Source: Parasitella parasitica NRRL 2501 (lineage: Eukaryota > Fungi > Mucoromycota). Taken from it: 52,576 nt of DNA. Where the stretch lies: assembly GCA_025201805.1 (NCBI GenBank), contig MU619335.1, forward strand, positions 64,975 through 117,550, written 5' to 3'. The notes under the pieces were generated by a model that saw only the letters and a program-made list of their open reading frames with translations, did not search any database and was not told where the DNA came from. Position numbers and translations under genes: made by a program. Every line of letters starts with the position of its first letter. The first letter of the stretch is position 1. Shown in pieces: positions 51,588-52,576 of this stretch.

Positions 51588-52576
51588 GCTTATCCACATA
51601 TCATCTGATGTTTGACAAGAAGTGTTAAGCCTTTTTAAATTACAGCATTTCCAGGAGAGACCTATCTTCATTTTACATTAAAGAGAAGATTGGGTAGGAT
51701 GTCTTCCCGACACCCCGCGATCTGATCTAGATATATTCTTTGAATAAGCCTGGAACCTTACAAGAGGTCCAATTACAACTTGTAGCTTATTCCTTTTTTT
51801 TAAAAGGAATTACCAACAATTATTATCATGATCCGTGCATTATGACCAAGTTAGATATGACTGTGAAATACATTCACTATGATGATCAGCATTCCACTTC
51901 TAGATTCATGCAGTTACCTTAAATTGATATAGACTACATATGCGCACAGATAATAAGATGTGCAATACAGATTCATACTATATAAGATATAAGCTAGATA
52001 TGGCACCATGAGGATGGATGACGCTTTAGACTGATACTTATATGTCGACACGAGCCTTAGACATCTACTAAATCTAGTGTATGCTACGAGCTTATGTTAT
52101 ATAAGATTTATGCTTCAGATGCTTACTCCCAGTTTCTAGATACGCACTATAAGACATTTACTTATATCCATGATACTAGCTACAGATACATTATGTACTA
52201 CAGACTTGTACAATATGTGCAATGCTATAGACATGATGTAGACATGCTAAATATACCGATATATGCAAAGATGAATACCAAGTGATATACACTCAGATAT
52301 TTACTATTAATATAGACTGGTGGATAAGACTATACAAGAAATGATATACGCTTATGGGTCGATATTAATAATCTTCGTATAGAAGATTGATCAGGGTAAC
52401 TCGGGTAGAGTTTGTGTCTCCTCACTCAAATAGATTTAAGTTATCTTGAGTCTGCTGATATGTTGGTTATGATCTGCCATAATTATAGACAGGAGATCAT
52501 GGCAATGTACTTCAATTGAAGATTGAAGATTGTCCAATGATGTGATGTGATACGCTTGTGTAAATTGGAGAATAAA

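Overview
AT-rich, intron-dense fungal DNA that looks like Mucorales (short GT-AG introns, Mucoralean transposon relics). It holds about 18 housekeeping genes: GH47 mannosidase, STE20-like kinase, paladin-like phosphatase, SDR, prohibitin, PIG-X, VPS27, two tandem Dal5-like MFS permeases, TOP3B, EF-hand protein, two complex I subunits, MBOAT, SEC12 and RanBP1. Several mobile-element relics lie among them. The main discovery is a 3.7-kb TA-flanked TIR element (46473-50163) with no visible transposase. It carries an intron-containing Fanzor (eukaryotic TnpB-like RNA-guided RuvC nuclease) gene, 19-bp subterminal repeat arrays and a candidate omega-RNA hairpin. Its right end also has the signature of a spliceosomal intron (49972-50147) that would remove most of the right TIR and join the RNA scaffold to the flank-derived guide. 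That spliced omega-RNA is a hypothesis from sequence alone. Other points of interest: a Tc1 relic split by a retroelement fragment with a 13-bp TSD, a Helitron 3' end, a foldback element, a candidate H/ACA-like RNA, a conserved promoter module upstream of the MFS pair, and micro-exons. All gene models were read by eye and no database searches were run.
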